A stretch of DNA of 64,000 bases, taken from assembly GCA_022706765.1 (NCBI GenBank), contig JAKJBX010000001.1, positions 140,534-204,533 on the forward strand, in the 5' to 3' direction. The notes below the pieces were generated by a model, which did no database searches, was not told the origin of the DNA, and was given only the letters and a program-made list of their open reading frames with translations. This DNA comes from Bacillota bacterium (GTDB lineage Bacteria > Bacillota > Clostridia > Monoglobales > Firm-18). Every line of letters starts with the position of its first letter. The stretch's first letter is position 1. Both the position numbers and the translations under genes were made by a program. This document shows positions 1 to 9,550 of this stretch, piece by piece.

Positions 1-1
1 A

Positions 2-1015
2 AAGGGTGAATCGCAGATCATCCATATCAACCTTGAATTTGCGAATGAGCGCTTCCTGCCCGGCAGCCAGCCAGTGCTTGCGCAGGTATTGGACCTTGTG
101 AGGAGCATGGTTTTTGCCCAAACGGGCTTTGACGCCGAGTACGTGTCGCAGGAGAAGGAAAACCTGCGCCAAAACATCCTGTCACAAATCAACGACAAGC
201 GCAGCTATGCCATCAACCGCTGCATACAACTGATGTGCGAGGGCGAGGCGTATGGGCTGAGCGAGCTGGGCTGCACGGAGGATATTGATCCCATCGACGC
301 CGACGCGCTTTTTGCGCACTATCAAAAGGTGCTGCAAACCAGCCCGATCGACATATTCATCGTCGGCGGCGTGGATTTCCCGGCGGCAAAGGACGGCGTC
401 GCCGATATGCTCGCGTCGCTTCCCGAGCGGGCGGCGCAGTACCCGAACACGCAGATCGTCACGTCGGTCGGCGAGGTCAAACGCGTCACCGAAACGGAAA
501 ACATCTTGCAGGGCAAATTGAGCCTTGGTTTTCGCACAAAGGTGTCTATGGCGGACGGGGGCTATGCCGCTATGATGCTGTATAACGCCGTGCTGGGCGG
601 CGGACCGTCCTCCAAGCTGTTCAACAACGTGCGTGAAAAGCTGTCGCTTGCCTATTACGCCATGTCGAGGACGGACAGCTTCAAGGGCGTCATGACGGTC
701 AACTGCGGTATTGAGGTGTCAAATTTCGACAAAGCGTATGACGAGATCCTGGTGCAAATCGCAGCCATCAAAGACGGCGGCATTACCGATGAAGAATTCC
801 ATGCGGCGCTTTTGTCGACGGTGAACAATATCAAGTCCATTGCCGACAGCGCCCTTTCCACCGAGGACTACTTTTTGGGCCGCCTGATCATCGGCAGCCC
901 CCTGACGTTTGAACAGCTCACGGAGGCTTTGCAGTCGGTGACCAAGCGGCAGGTCGTGGACATTGCCAACAATATTGAACTGGATACGGTGTATTTTTTA
1001 AGGGGGAATGAATGA
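2..1015 (+). CDS. M16 (insulinase/pitrilysin) family peptidase-like protein, 5' end cut by window edge
   Basis: The frame is open from nt 2, with no stop before the listed 74..1015 ORF. The sequence is an M16-type C-terminal domain. It forms a tandem pair with the next M16 gene, and its TGA (1013-1015) overlaps that gene's start region. Confidence 0.7.
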   Translation, partial: KGESQIIHINLEFANERFLPGSQPVLAQVLDLVRSMVFAQTGFDAEYVSQEKENLRQNILSQINDKRSYAINRCIQLMCEGEAYGLSELGCTEDIDPIDADALFAHYQKVLQTSPIDIFIVGGVDFPAAKDGVADMLASLPERAAQYPNTQIVTSVGEVKRVTETENILQGKLSLGFRTKVSMADGGYAAMMLYNAVLGGGPSSKLFNNVREKLSLAYYAMSRTDSFKGVMTVNCGIEVSNFDKAYDEILVQIAAIKDGGITDEEFHAALLSTVNNIKSIADSALSTEDYFLGRLIIGSPLTFEQLTEALQSVTKRQVVDIANNIELDTVYFLRGNE

Positions 1016-1016
1016 C

Positions 1017-2291
1017 ATGGAATTTGAAAAAATACACAGTGAACTGTTGCAGGAAACCTTGTATAAAGGAAAGCATAAAAGCGGTCTGTCGGTCTATGTT
1101 CTGCCCAAGCAGGGGCACAGCAAAAGCTATGCCAGCTTTGCGGCGCGGGTCGGCTCGATTGACAACGCGTTTGTTGCCGCGGGTGAGACGGGTGTGACGG
1201 AAATCCCCGACGGTGTCGCCCACTTTTTGGAGCACAAGCTGTTTGAGCAGCCCGACGGCACCAACGCCTTTGACCAATACAACACCACCGGCGCATCGGC
1301 GAACGCCTTTACGAGCTTTAATACCACCGCCTACCTGTTTTCGTCCACCGACAATTTTTACGGCAATTTGGAAATCCTTTTGGATTTTGTCGGCAAGCCG
1401 CACTTTACCGATGAAAACGTCGCCAAGGAGCAGGGCATCATCGGTCAGGAGATCCGGATGTACGAGGACGACCCCAACTGGCGGGTATTTTTCAACCTGC
1501 TGGGCGCGCTGTACCAAAACCACCCCGTCCGCAACGACATCGCCGGCACGGTCGAGAGCATTTCACGCATCGACAGGGACGTCCTGTATAAATGCTACCA
1601 CAGCTTCTACAACCCGTCCAACATGGCGCTGTTTACCTGCGGCGATGTGGACTGCGGGCGTGTGGCGGAGCTTGTGGACAAATATGTCACGGCAAGTCCC
1701 ATCGGCAGCATCGGCAGGTTCTATCCGGTAGAGCCGCCGCAGGTGCGTCAAAGCGAGGTCATCCAAAAGCTCAGCGTGGCAAGCCCGATTTTCCTGCTCG
1801 GCTTTAAGGACAACGATTTGAATGTCGAGGGCAGCCTGCTGCTGAGGAAGCAGATCGTGACCGAGATCCTGCTGGAAATGCTGGCGGGCAAGAGCAGCGC
1901 CACCTATAACAGCCTGTACGAACAGGGGCTGATCAACCAGACCTTCGACATCGACTTCACCGCCGAGGGCAATTACGCCTTCTCGACGCTCGGGGGCGAA
2001 AGCTGCGACCCGCTTGCGGCGAGGGATGCGCTGCTGGAAAAAATCGGCAAAGCGACCCTGACGCAGGAGGCGTTCGACCAGTGCAAAAAGGTCGTTATCG
2101 GCAGGCACCTGCGCCTGTTCAACAGCGTCGAAAAGCTGTCCAACAGCTTTGTGTCCGCCATCTTCCGGGGTACCGATTTGTTTGAATATTTGGGCGTCTG
2201 CGACAGCATTGCGCTCGAAGAGGTGCAAAGCCGCAAGGACAAACACTTTACACCCCAAAACAGCGCCGTGTCTATCATAGAGCCGTTCTAA
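1017..2291 (+). CDS. M16 family zinc metallopeptidase
   Basis: The ORF carries the inverted zinc motif HxxEH (GVAHFLEHKLFE). The AGGGGG SD at 1001-1006 favours ATG 1017 over ATG 1008. Confidence 0.85.
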   Translation: MEFEKIHSELLQETLYKGKHKSGLSVYVLPKQGHSKSYASFAARVGSIDNAFVAAGETGVTEIPDGVAHFLEHKLFEQPDGTNAFDQYNTTGASANAFTSFNTTAYLFSSTDNFYGNLEILLDFVGKPHFTDENVAKEQGIIGQEIRMYEDDPNWRVFFNLLGALYQNHPVRNDIAGTVESISRIDRDVLYKCYHSFYNPSNMALFTCGDVDCGRVAELVDKYVTASPIGSIGRFYPVEPPQVRQSEVIQKLSVASPIFLLGFKDNDLNVEGSLLLRKQIVTEILLEMLAGKSSATYNSLYEQGLINQTFDIDFTAEGNYAFSTLGGESCDPLAARDALLEKIGKATLTQEAFDQCKKVVIGRHLRLFNSVEKLSNSFVSAIFRGTDLFEYLGVCDSIALEEVQSRKDKHFTPQNSAVSIIEPF

Positions 2292-2296
2292 CGCAA

Positions 2297-2322
2297 ACAG
2301 CACCCGAAAGGGTGCTGTTTTG
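2297..2322 (+). terminator. Rho-independent terminator after the M16 pair
   Basis: The stem is acagcaccc / gggtgctgt with a GAAA loop, followed by a T-run. Confidence 0.6.
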
Positions 2323-2379
2323 CAAATCGTGTGTCATTCGCCTTTTAAAATAAGGGTGTTGTTTTACAAAGTCGTTTTG

Positions 2380-2661
2380 TCATTCGTCTTTCAAAACAAA
2401 GGTGTCAAGGATACAGCTTGCGCCGAAGCGAAAGCCGCGTGTAAAGGTTTCACGCTCGGTCTGCCGGGCATACGCCACGTACGCATCGACGTATGCTTCG
2501 AGCAGCGCCTGCTGCTCGCCGCTCAGCGCGGCGGTCAGAGTCTTTTTTGCACCGATGACCTCATCCAGCATGGGATCCAGCGCCTCGCTGCGCGTTTCAA
2601 AACGGTCGAGGGCATGGACGTTGCTTTCAAACAGCCTTTCGATAAAGCTGAAACTTTCCAT
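2380..2661 (-). CDS. hypothetical small helical protein (93 aa)
   Basis: The ORF is 2380..2697. ATG 2661 is preceded by GAGGTGG with about 5 nt spacing. I do not recognise the family. Confidence 0.5.
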   Translation of the reverse strand: MESFSFIERLFESNVHALDRFETRSEALDPMLDEVIGAKKTLTAALSGEQQALLEAYVDAYVAYARQTERETFTRGFRFGASCILDTFVLKDE

Positions 2662-2864
2662 TTGTCCCACCTCATGTTTCGATAATCCCGAGGTCACAGC
2701 GCCCGCCGCAAGCGGCGGACGCCACGCCCCGGTTTACCGAAAACACTTCCAAACATAAAAAAGCATGCAGGTTTTGCCCCTTACGGCAATTGCCTACACG
2801 CTTTGCATTTTTCTTAAATCCGAATTCCGACAGCAACAAGACCCCGTTTAAATGAAACCGCCAC

Positions 2865-2893
2865 TTGAAAAGTTGGGCGCAATGTGCTATAAT
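2865..2893 (+). promoter_or_regulatory. sigma-A type promoter with no obvious downstream gene
   Basis: TTGAAA (2865-2870), a 17-nt spacer, then extended -10 TGcTATAAT (TATAAT 2888-2893). Confidence 0.5.
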
Positions 2894-2899
2894 GAGTCT

Positions 2900-2988
2900 G
2901 GTGCCGGTCATCCGGTTGCGTATAGGTGTGTGCTCACCCTTATTGCAGGGGCAATGTGGTTTCGACACATTGTCCTGCCACTTTTTTA
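2900..2988 (+). ncRNA. candidate small RNA (about 90 nt) bounded by a promoter and an intrinsic terminator
   Basis: The predicted TSS is about 7 nt after the -10. The 3' hairpin is gcagg-gg-caatgtg / cacattg-t-cctgc (2945-2978), followed by a T6 run at 2982-2987. There is no ORF, and it converges on a minus-strand gene. Confidence 0.3.
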
Positions 2989-3070
2989 ATTTTTCCATGC
3001 TTCCGTTGATATTATTTTATCATATCGAGGAAAATTATGCAACAGTTTTTTTAAAATGCGGATGTTCAAG

Positions 3071-3112
3071 AAAAAGCCCGGCAATATTCAATGATATTGC
3101 CGGGCTTTTTTT
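3071..3112. terminator. bidirectional Rho-independent terminator (3' of the heparinase-like gene)
   Basis: A 13-bp stem agcccggcaatat / atattgccgggct is flanked by A5 on the left and T7 on the right. Confidence 0.7.
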
Positions 3113-3163
3113 GGATTTCCTCAATTAAACTATTGTGCCATTATGCGCTTTTGAGCGGCAAGG

Positions 3164-6100
3164 TTATTGATAGATCAACAACTGCGGAGGATTTGCAGCA
3201 TTGTCCTTGCTGTTGAAGGCAACAAGCTGGTTTTCGTTTAAATCGGAATAAACGATGATCGTTAGGAGCGACGCCGTGAGTTTTCTTTTTCTTACATAAT
3301 CGCTTACGTCAAACTCATAATATTGCGCCGTGCCGTTTACTATTACCGTGTCAAGCGGACCAGTGGAGGATGGCGGATAATTACTTTCCGCCATATTCCA
3401 AGTCAGCGTGTTCTCGTCCCACATATTGTCACCGTTTGCGCCGATGACCTTAATGGTCACATTAGCGGGACCTGAGGTATTTTTCCCATAAATTCTCAAT
3501 TTGGCGCTTTCTACCGTCTGTACGCTGTTCACATTGAATTTAATATATGCCTTTCTGTCATTAGCTATTGTGGGGTCATCTTTGATTGTCAACAGAGCAT
3601 TAGTGCCGCCCTGATTTTCACTGTTATACTTTATCGTTACATCGTGGTCCCATGGCGCCAATGTGGTGGCAACGGGCTTTAATATCACGGAATAAAAGGC
3701 TCTTCCTGTTGCGCCGTTTACCCCCAGGGTCACCATCTGCCCTGCATCAAATGTCTTTTTAAACAGGCTATAAGTCGTCGTAGCGCTGTTTACCAAATCC
3801 TCGTTTGTGTCAACCCAACCGCCATTTACTATCCAATCCGGGCGGGGCGTGATCAAATCATTGTGCGCAATATATACATCTGTTGCCTGTGTCACCCTAA
3901 ATTTAGCAAGCGGACTGGTTGTGTATAATCTTGAATCGTTTGCCGTCTGGATCCAGGCATAGCCCTTTACGCTGTTAGGAACAGTGACAAAAGTACCGTC
4001 CTTGTCGCCATACTGGGTATCGCCCGCTTGAAGATTGGATCTGAAACTCCAATCAGCCGCACTATCCGTGTCGTTGACTATAATATCCGTTGCGATCACC
4101 TTCATAGACACCTTCACAAGATAATTATTGCCGCCTGCATTATTATTGTGAATAAACAGCTTTGTAACACCTGCGTTGGCGCTTTGCTCCGGAGGGTTGG
4201 GAGAGCCGTTAATCGGAACAGCAGGCATTTCCCCAAAGGTATGCGTATTATCTAAAATACTGACTTTTAAGGCTTTGCCATTTTTGTTTAAAATTGCACT
4301 CTTGCCGTCCGCTGCCAACTTGATTAACGCGTCGGTATGCATAAACCAGTAAAGATCATTCCCGTTTGGGGTGTTAAAAGTGATTTTATCTGTAATAATT
4401 AAATCACCGCTGGTTTTATTAAATTCAAATTTTCTTTCCGCATTGCTTACATAATTGGTATATGCATTCGTCATATCAATGGTTGCCGTTCCGTTCGAGT
4501 CCATAGACATTATAGGAATTTCGTTGAGAAGCTCTTGATCCGCCGGAGCGTTTGGTATCCTGTTGGGATTAACAACAAACGTGTTGTGTCCTTCCGCCCT
4601 GCATCTGTAATAATCCCAGCGGCTGCGCGTGCCCCCGTTATTATTATTATCATAACGCCAATAACCCGGTACACTATAATTTTCCCTGCCCAACTCAACC
4701 GACCATCTTTCGCCTGCGGCTTCATAAACAAAGCTTCCCGCGTCAATCTGACCGTGGTTGAACCTATTTTTACCGGCGCTGATCCCCAAATAGTTCTTGC
4801 TGTTTTCGAAAAAGCCGCTTCTGAAAACAACGTCTCCGGAATTGTCGGACCTAAATGTTGTATCCAGTTGGTTGAAAATAGTCTCGTAGCTGCCCGCAGA
4901 CGGAGGCGTATACCATAAAAGATCCTTTACCGTACTCGATTGCTTTGGCTGCTGTATTTGCATGTACCGGTAAGCCGAAAGCTTTTCATCCTTAAAATAA
5001 TTCCCGTAGAAAAACAGTTCCGGAAAGTTTGAAAGTGCCTGGTCATTCAGCGCGCAATCCTGCGTATTATTCCAGCCGTTCGGGGTCAGCATATAAATGC
5101 CGTAATACCCTGTTTTGCGGATACCCTCGTAATCCATTATGCCGTAATGCGTCCCGAGCGCCGTTTTCATAGAGGAAAGATACATCGGCATCATATCCAT
5201 CATAAACGCCCAGTATCCCGGACCCTCTTTCCAGCCTCCGTCGTCCGGTGAAAAGGTGGGGAACGCATATTCCATGGAGTCAATACCGGATTTGATCAGA
5301 CCTGCGTAAGACTCATACCCTGTTTCATCCGCAACCGCCAGCGCCCCGATGCCGACACCGCTGTTGCATATAATATTCCAGTTGTGGTTCCATTGTGTCC
5401 AAGGAGCTTGGTTGGCATATGCCGCCTGCGCTATTTCCAGCCCTCTGGTTACCAGCGCATTTCTGATTCTGGTTCTTTCAGCAACGGTCCAGTTATGATA
5501 CAACCAGTCATATGCGATTGCATAAGCTGTGATCATATTTGCGGTCTTTAAGAATGATTGGTCCGGATTTTCAAACCAATTCGGGAATTTATTCGGATCT
5601 GCGGCGTTGTCCAATTCCTCCAACAGCTTCTCCTTGTAAGTATTTCTTATGACGTCATATTTTACAATGTGATAAGCTATAGACAGACTAAACACACGCG
5701 CCAACAATTGCGCTGACGGGTCATCATAGCCGTCCGTTTCCCTCGTGGCATCATACTTTACAACAGGTTTCGTCTTTGCGGTATTCGCATCGTTTCTTGC
5801 CTTGTTTGCCCAAGTGTAATAAGGCTCTATAGTATTTTGGAAGCCGTCGATGATCAGGGTAAGCCTGTCTTGGTCCATCATAATCCTCGGATGCACGCCG
5901 CCGGAAGTCTTTTTAAGGTCGTTTAATATTTTCCCTTCCGTGGGCAGCCCCGATACACTAAAATCATCTATATAGAAAATAACTTCGTCATTCAACACCT
6001 TGTTAACTGACATATGATGACGGATGATACCGCTTGCAAATGAACAGCCTGCAAACCGACCGCCTAGTCTTTCCCTTAAATCGGTTATCTCGTCCTTTTT

Positions 6101-6730
6101 TTCCCCGTCAAGATAGATGACTATTTTTCCGTTTGGTATATCACAAAACAATTCAACCGTATACCATTGCCCGCTGGAAATATTATTATCGGATTTTGCA
6201 GTTTGTTCCGCCGGAACAGCGGAAGCTGCGTCGTACATATCCGGCAGGTATGTAATCGTGTTTCCTTCAACCTTTGTAAGGCGAATCGTGACGCCATCGC
6301 CCGACAGTAAGCGGAATTGAAGCGAAAGGACTCCGGCGTTTTTCACATCGGGTTTGAACCTGTAACTCGTTACAAAACGGCCGTCAAGATTATTTGCAGA
6401 TGTTGCAGCCAAACAAGTGTTTTTACCGTCAGGGGTGCCGTTTTGGTATTTATGACGCATTCTAAGATGTTTACCCGATGCGTCGGAAGCAACCGTAATG
6501 CTGCCGCCGTAATCAGCGTTTTCGGTTATAGTGCCCCAACCAGCGCCGCCTGTAAATGGAGTCCCCGGCGTATAGCCTTCAAAGTCAGCGAAAAAACTTG
6601 TGGCTATCGGTGCGCTCATTGCCGCGGATACTGTTGTGATATTTGCCATTGGCACTGCTGCCAACACCATTGCCACAGCGATGAGCATAGAAAGATATTT
6701 TTTAAAGGATTTGCCGCTTTGCTTATTCAC
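3164..6730 (-). CDS. secreted multidomain heparinase II/III-like (polysaccharide lyase-like) protein with C-terminal beta-sandwich/CBM-like modules
   Basis: GTG 6730 lies 6 nt after GAAGGAGG. The signal peptide is KKYLSMLIAVAMVLAAVPMANITTVSA. The central region resembles the alginate-lyase/heparinase II/III fold (HPRIMMDQDRL..., EGHNTFVVNPN). The C-terminus (AYIKFNV...AKLRIYG...TLTWN) resembles DNRLRE/CBM-type modules. The gene is visibly more AT-rich than its flanks. Confidence 0.8.
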   Translation of the reverse strand: MNKQSGKSFKKYLSMLIAVAMVLAAVPMANITTVSAAMSAPIATSFFADFEGYTPGTPFTGGAGWGTITENADYGGSITVASDASGKHLRMRHKYQNGTPDGKNTCLAATSANNLDGRFVTSYRFKPDVKNAGVLSLQFRLLSGDGVTIRLTKVEGNTITYLPDMYDAASAVPAEQTAKSDNNISSGQWYTVELFCDIPNGKIVIYLDGEKKDEITDLRERLGGRFAGCSFASGIIRHHMSVNKVLNDEVIFYIDDFSVSGLPTEGKILNDLKKTSGGVHPRIMMDQDRLTLIIDGFQNTIEPYYTWANKARNDANTAKTKPVVKYDATRETDGYDDPSAQLLARVFSLSIAYHIVKYDVIRNTYKEKLLEELDNAADPNKFPNWFENPDQSFLKTANMITAYAIAYDWLYHNWTVAERTRIRNALVTRGLEIAQAAYANQAPWTQWNHNWNIICNSGVGIGALAVADETGYESYAGLIKSGIDSMEYAFPTFSPDDGGWKEGPGYWAFMMDMMPMYLSSMKTALGTHYGIMDYEGIRKTGYYGIYMLTPNGWNNTQDCALNDQALSNFPELFFYGNYFKDEKLSAYRYMQIQQPKQSSTVKDLLWYTPPSAGSYETIFNQLDTTFRSDNSGDVVFRSGFFENSKNYLGISAGKNRFNHGQIDAGSFVYEAAGERWSVELGRENYSVPGYWRYDNNNNGGTRSRWDYYRCRAEGHNTFVVNPNRIPNAPADQELLNEIPIMSMDSNGTATIDMTNAYTNYVSNAERKFEFNKTSGDLIITDKITFNTPNGNDLYWFMHTDALIKLAADGKSAILNKNGKALKVSILDNTHTFGEMPAVPINGSPNPPEQSANAGVTKLFIHNNNAGGNNYLVKVSMKVIATDIIVNDTDSAADWSFRSNLQAGDTQYGDKDGTFVTVPNSVKGYAWIQTANDSRLYTTSPLAKFRVTQATDVYIAHNDLITPRPDWIVNGGWVDTNEDLVNSATTTYSLFKKTFDAGQMVTLGVNGATGRAFYSVILKPVATTLAPWDHDVTIKYNSENQGGTNALLTIKDDPTIANDRKAYIKFNVNSVQTVESAKLRIYGKNTSGPANVTIKVIGANGDNMWDENTLTWNMAESNYPPSSTGPLDTVIVNGTAQYYEFDVSDYVRKRKLTASLLTIIVYSDLNENQLVAFNSKDNAANPPQLLIYQ

Positions 6731-7087
6731 AAATAAACCTCCTTCAAATTTTACATCAATAATTATTTCAGATATCCTGTAATGGCTTCCCATTGATGTG
6801 AGCATTGAAGTCGGTAAAAATGCCATATTTGTATTTAGTTAAAACAGCAAGGCAGCCCTCCTTTTACACATGAGTGTTAGAACCCTGAAAACTAAAAAAT
6901 ACAGCATAAATTTGTGCGCTTTACACATACTTTTTGCGCGCACCATGCTGTATTATGTATATATTAAATCATGATAATTCACAATAGTCAATAGTTTTTT
7001 ATATAAAAAATGATAATATTCGACATTAAACGACTTTTTTCGCGTGTAAAGGGGCTGTTATTTACAAGACCAGGGAAATTTAACCAT

Positions 7088-7122
7088 AAAAAGGGTTTGG
7101 ACGATAATTTGCGTCCAAACCC
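7088..7122 (-). terminator. Rho-independent terminator of the tepA-like gene
   Basis: An 11-bp stem gggtttggacg / cgtccaaaccc is followed by a T-run on the minus strand. Confidence 0.7.
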
Positions 7123-7150
7123 GGCGACTATAAGACAAAGCTTTGTTCAT

Positions 7151-7870
7151 TTACTGCTGTTCTTTCCGGCTGTTGATCAACCCGTTCAAATAATCGAACG
7201 CCTTGGACACGCCGCCCACCTCGTCGATGATACCGTGGTGCACCGCTTCCTCGCCGAACAGGATAGTGCCGACGTCGTTGGCGATGACGCCCGTCTGATG
7301 CACCAGTGCGGTGAAATCCTCAAACGAGATCCTGGAATTCTTTGAAATAAAGGACACCACACGCTCCTGCACCTTGTTGAAGTGGTCGTATGTTTGGGAC
7401 GTACCGATGACGACGCCGCTCATGCGGATGGGGTGTATGGTCATGGTCGCACTCGGCACAATGAACGAATAGTTCGCCGCCACCGCCAGTGGCACGCCGA
7501 TGCTGTGCCCGCCGCCGAGCACCAGCGATACCGTCGGCTTGGACATGCTGGCGATCATCTCGGCAATGGCAAGCCCAGCCTCGACGTCGCCGCCCACGGT
7601 GTTTAAAATGACGAGCAGCCCCTCGATGGTGTTGTCCTCCTGGATGTTCACCAGCTGGGGGATAACATGCTCATACTTGGTGGTTTTGTTTTGCGGCGGC
7701 AAAACCACATGCCCCTCGATTTGACCGATGATCGTCAGGCAGTGAATCTTGTGTGTGGCGTTCTGCGGCTCCACCACAACGCTTTCCTTGACGCCGCCCT
7801 CCGGTTTTTCCGTGCAATCATCAACATTGTCGAATATCACTTTGCTTTCCAATTCATCACTACCTTCCAA
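7151..7870 (-). CDS. tepA: ClpP-fold serine protease-like protein (TepA / translocation-enhancing protein family)
   Basis: The sequence shows ClpP/crotonase-fold signatures ([33 protein letters not shown]). There is no ATG near the 5' end. The start is uncertain (TTG 7870, TTG 7852 or GTG 7840). Confidence 0.75.
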   Translation of the reverse strand: MEGSDELESKVIFDNVDDCTEKPEGGVKESVVVEPQNATHKIHCLTIIGQIEGHVVLPPQNKTTKYEHVIPQLVNIQEDNTIEGLLVILNTVGGDVEAGLAIAEMIASMSKPTVSLVLGGGHSIGVPLAVAANYSFIVPSATMTIHPIRMSGVVIGTSQTYDHFNKVQERVVSFISKNSRISFEDFTALVHQTGVIANDVGTILFGEEAVHHGIIDEVGGVSKAFDYLNGLINSRKEQQ

Positions 7871-7950
7871 AATATATTATTATATTCTTGTAAAATATCT
7901 ATTCATCTGATATAATATATTGCAAAAGCATGTGAAGGGGATGAGAAAAA

Positions 7951-8868
7951 ATGCCTATCAAAATTGCCAACAATCTGCCGGCAAGAAAAACGCTCGAAGC
8001 CGAGAACATCTTTGCAATGACCGAAAAGAGGGCGCTGACACAGGACATACGACCGCTTAAAATTGCTGTGGTGAACCTGATGCCCACCAAAATCACGACC
8101 GAATCCCAGCTTCTGCGTTTGCTGGGCAACTCGCCGCTTCAAGTGGACATTGAGCTGGTCAAGACCCAAAGCTATCAAAGCAAAAACACGCCCGAGGAGC
8201 ATCTTTTGGCGTTTTATAAAACTTTTGACGATATTAAGCACAGCAAATTTGACGGCATGATCATCACGGGTGCGCCGGTCGAAATGATGCCGTTTGAAGA
8301 GGTAGACTACTGGGCGGAGCTTTCCGAGATCATGGCGTGGTCCAAGACGCATGTTACTTCGACGCTGCACATCTGCTGGGGCGCGCAGGCGGGGCTTTAT
8401 TACCATTACGGCGTCAAAAAATATCCCCTCGAAAAGAAGCTGTTCGGGGTGTTCGCGCACAAGCCGCTGCGCAAGAACAAGATGCTCATGCGGGGCTTTG
8501 ACGATGTGTTCTATGTGCCCCATTCAAGGTATACCGAGGTCAAGCGGGCTGACATCGAGGCGGTGCCCGGGCTTGAAGTGCTGTCCGTGTCGGACGAGGC
8601 GGGCGTCTATCTTGTCACGTCAAAGGGCGGCAAGCACATCTTTGCGATGGGACATTCGGAGTACGACGATGTGACGCTCAGTCAGGAATACTACCGGGAC
8701 GTCGACCGGGGGCTTGATATTGACGTGCCGGAAAACTATTTTCCTGATAACGACCCGAAGCAGACGCCGCACGTAACGTGGCGCGCGCATGCGAACCTGC
8801 TGTTTTCAAACTGGCTGAACTACCATGTCTATCAGACGACCCCGTATGACCTGAACAACATCAAATAG
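7951..8868 (+). CDS. metA: homoserine O-acyltransferase (MetA family)
   Basis: N-terminus [11 protein letters not shown]...[15 protein letters not shown] and overall length are typical of MetA. TTGTAA-17-TATAAT lies upstream (about 7889-7917). The leader is too short for a riboswitch. Confidence 0.9.
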   Translation: MPIKIANNLPARKTLEAENIFAMTEKRALTQDIRPLKIAVVNLMPTKITTESQLLRLLGNSPLQVDIELVKTQSYQSKNTPEEHLLAFYKTFDDIKHSKFDGMIITGAPVEMMPFEEVDYWAELSEIMAWSKTHVTSTLHICWGAQAGLYYHYGVKKYPLEKKLFGVFAHKPLRKNKMLMRGFDDVFYVPHSRYTEVKRADIEAVPGLEVLSVSDEAGVYLVTSKGGKHIFAMGHSEYDDVTLSQEYYRDVDRGLDIDVPENYFPDNDPKQTPHVTWRAHANLLFSNWLNYHVYQTTPYDLNNIK

Positions 8869-8879
8869 GAGTGATTTCC

Positions 8880-9521
8880 ATGACTTCTTCAAAAAAAATA
8901 TCCTTTGAGGTGATCAAACGACTGCCCCGTTACTACCGCTACTTAGGCGAGCTTTTGGCAAACGGCACTGCACGCATATCTTCAAAAGATTTAAGCAGCC
9001 GAATGAACGTGACGGCGTCACAGATCCGTCAGGACCTCAACTGCTTCGGCGGCTTCGGTCAGCAGGGATACGGCTACAACGTCGAAAGTCTCTACCGCTC
9101 GATCGGCGAGATTTTGGGGCTGTACAACGGGCACAACACCATCATCATCGGCGCGGGCAACCTCGGCAGGGCGCTGGCGTCCTACCGCTCGTTTGAAAAG
9201 CGGGGCTTTAAGCTCGTCGGCGTCTTTGATAATAATCCGTCAAAAATCGGACAATATATAGAAGAGTTTGAAATTTTAGACATCGACACCATCGAAGCGT
9301 TCATGCAGACGCACAAGCCCGACATCGCCGTCATCGCCGTGCCGAAAGCGGCGGCGGCGGACGTTGCCAAACGCCTGGCAAAGCTGGGCATCAAGGGGCT
9401 TTTGAACTTTTCCTACACCGACATTGACGCATACGAGGGTGTTGAAATCGAAAACGTCCATTTGAGCGACAGCCTGATGACGCTGTCATACAAGATCGAG
9501 AACGCCAAAGCGCAGGATTGA
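8880..9521 (+). CDS. rex: redox-sensing transcriptional repressor Rex
   Basis: Contains RLPRYYRYL, QIRQDLNCFGGFGQQGYGYNV and a Rossmann GAGNLG. The AGGAG SD lies 8 nt before ATG 8880, upstream of which the listed ORF begins at GTG 8871. Confidence 0.9.
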   Translation: MTSSKKISFEVIKRLPRYYRYLGELLANGTARISSKDLSSRMNVTASQIRQDLNCFGGFGQQGYGYNVESLYRSIGEILGLYNGHNTIIIGAGNLGRALASYRSFEKRGFKLVGVFDNNPSKIGQYIEEFEILDIDTIEAFMQTHKPDIAVIAVPKAAAADVAKRLAKLGIKGLLNFSYTDIDAYEGVEIENVHLSDSLMTLSYKIENAKAQD

Positions 9522-9550
9522 ATCAGCCAAATGCAAAGGAGGTGCCGAAG

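Noticed and set aside
3037-3054. I considered whether the 5-codon mini-ORF MQQFF with a good SD is a functional leader peptide.
   Set aside because: No plus-strand structural gene lies downstream, since it runs into the terminator of a convergent gene. It is mentioned only as a possible relic under the sRNA finding.
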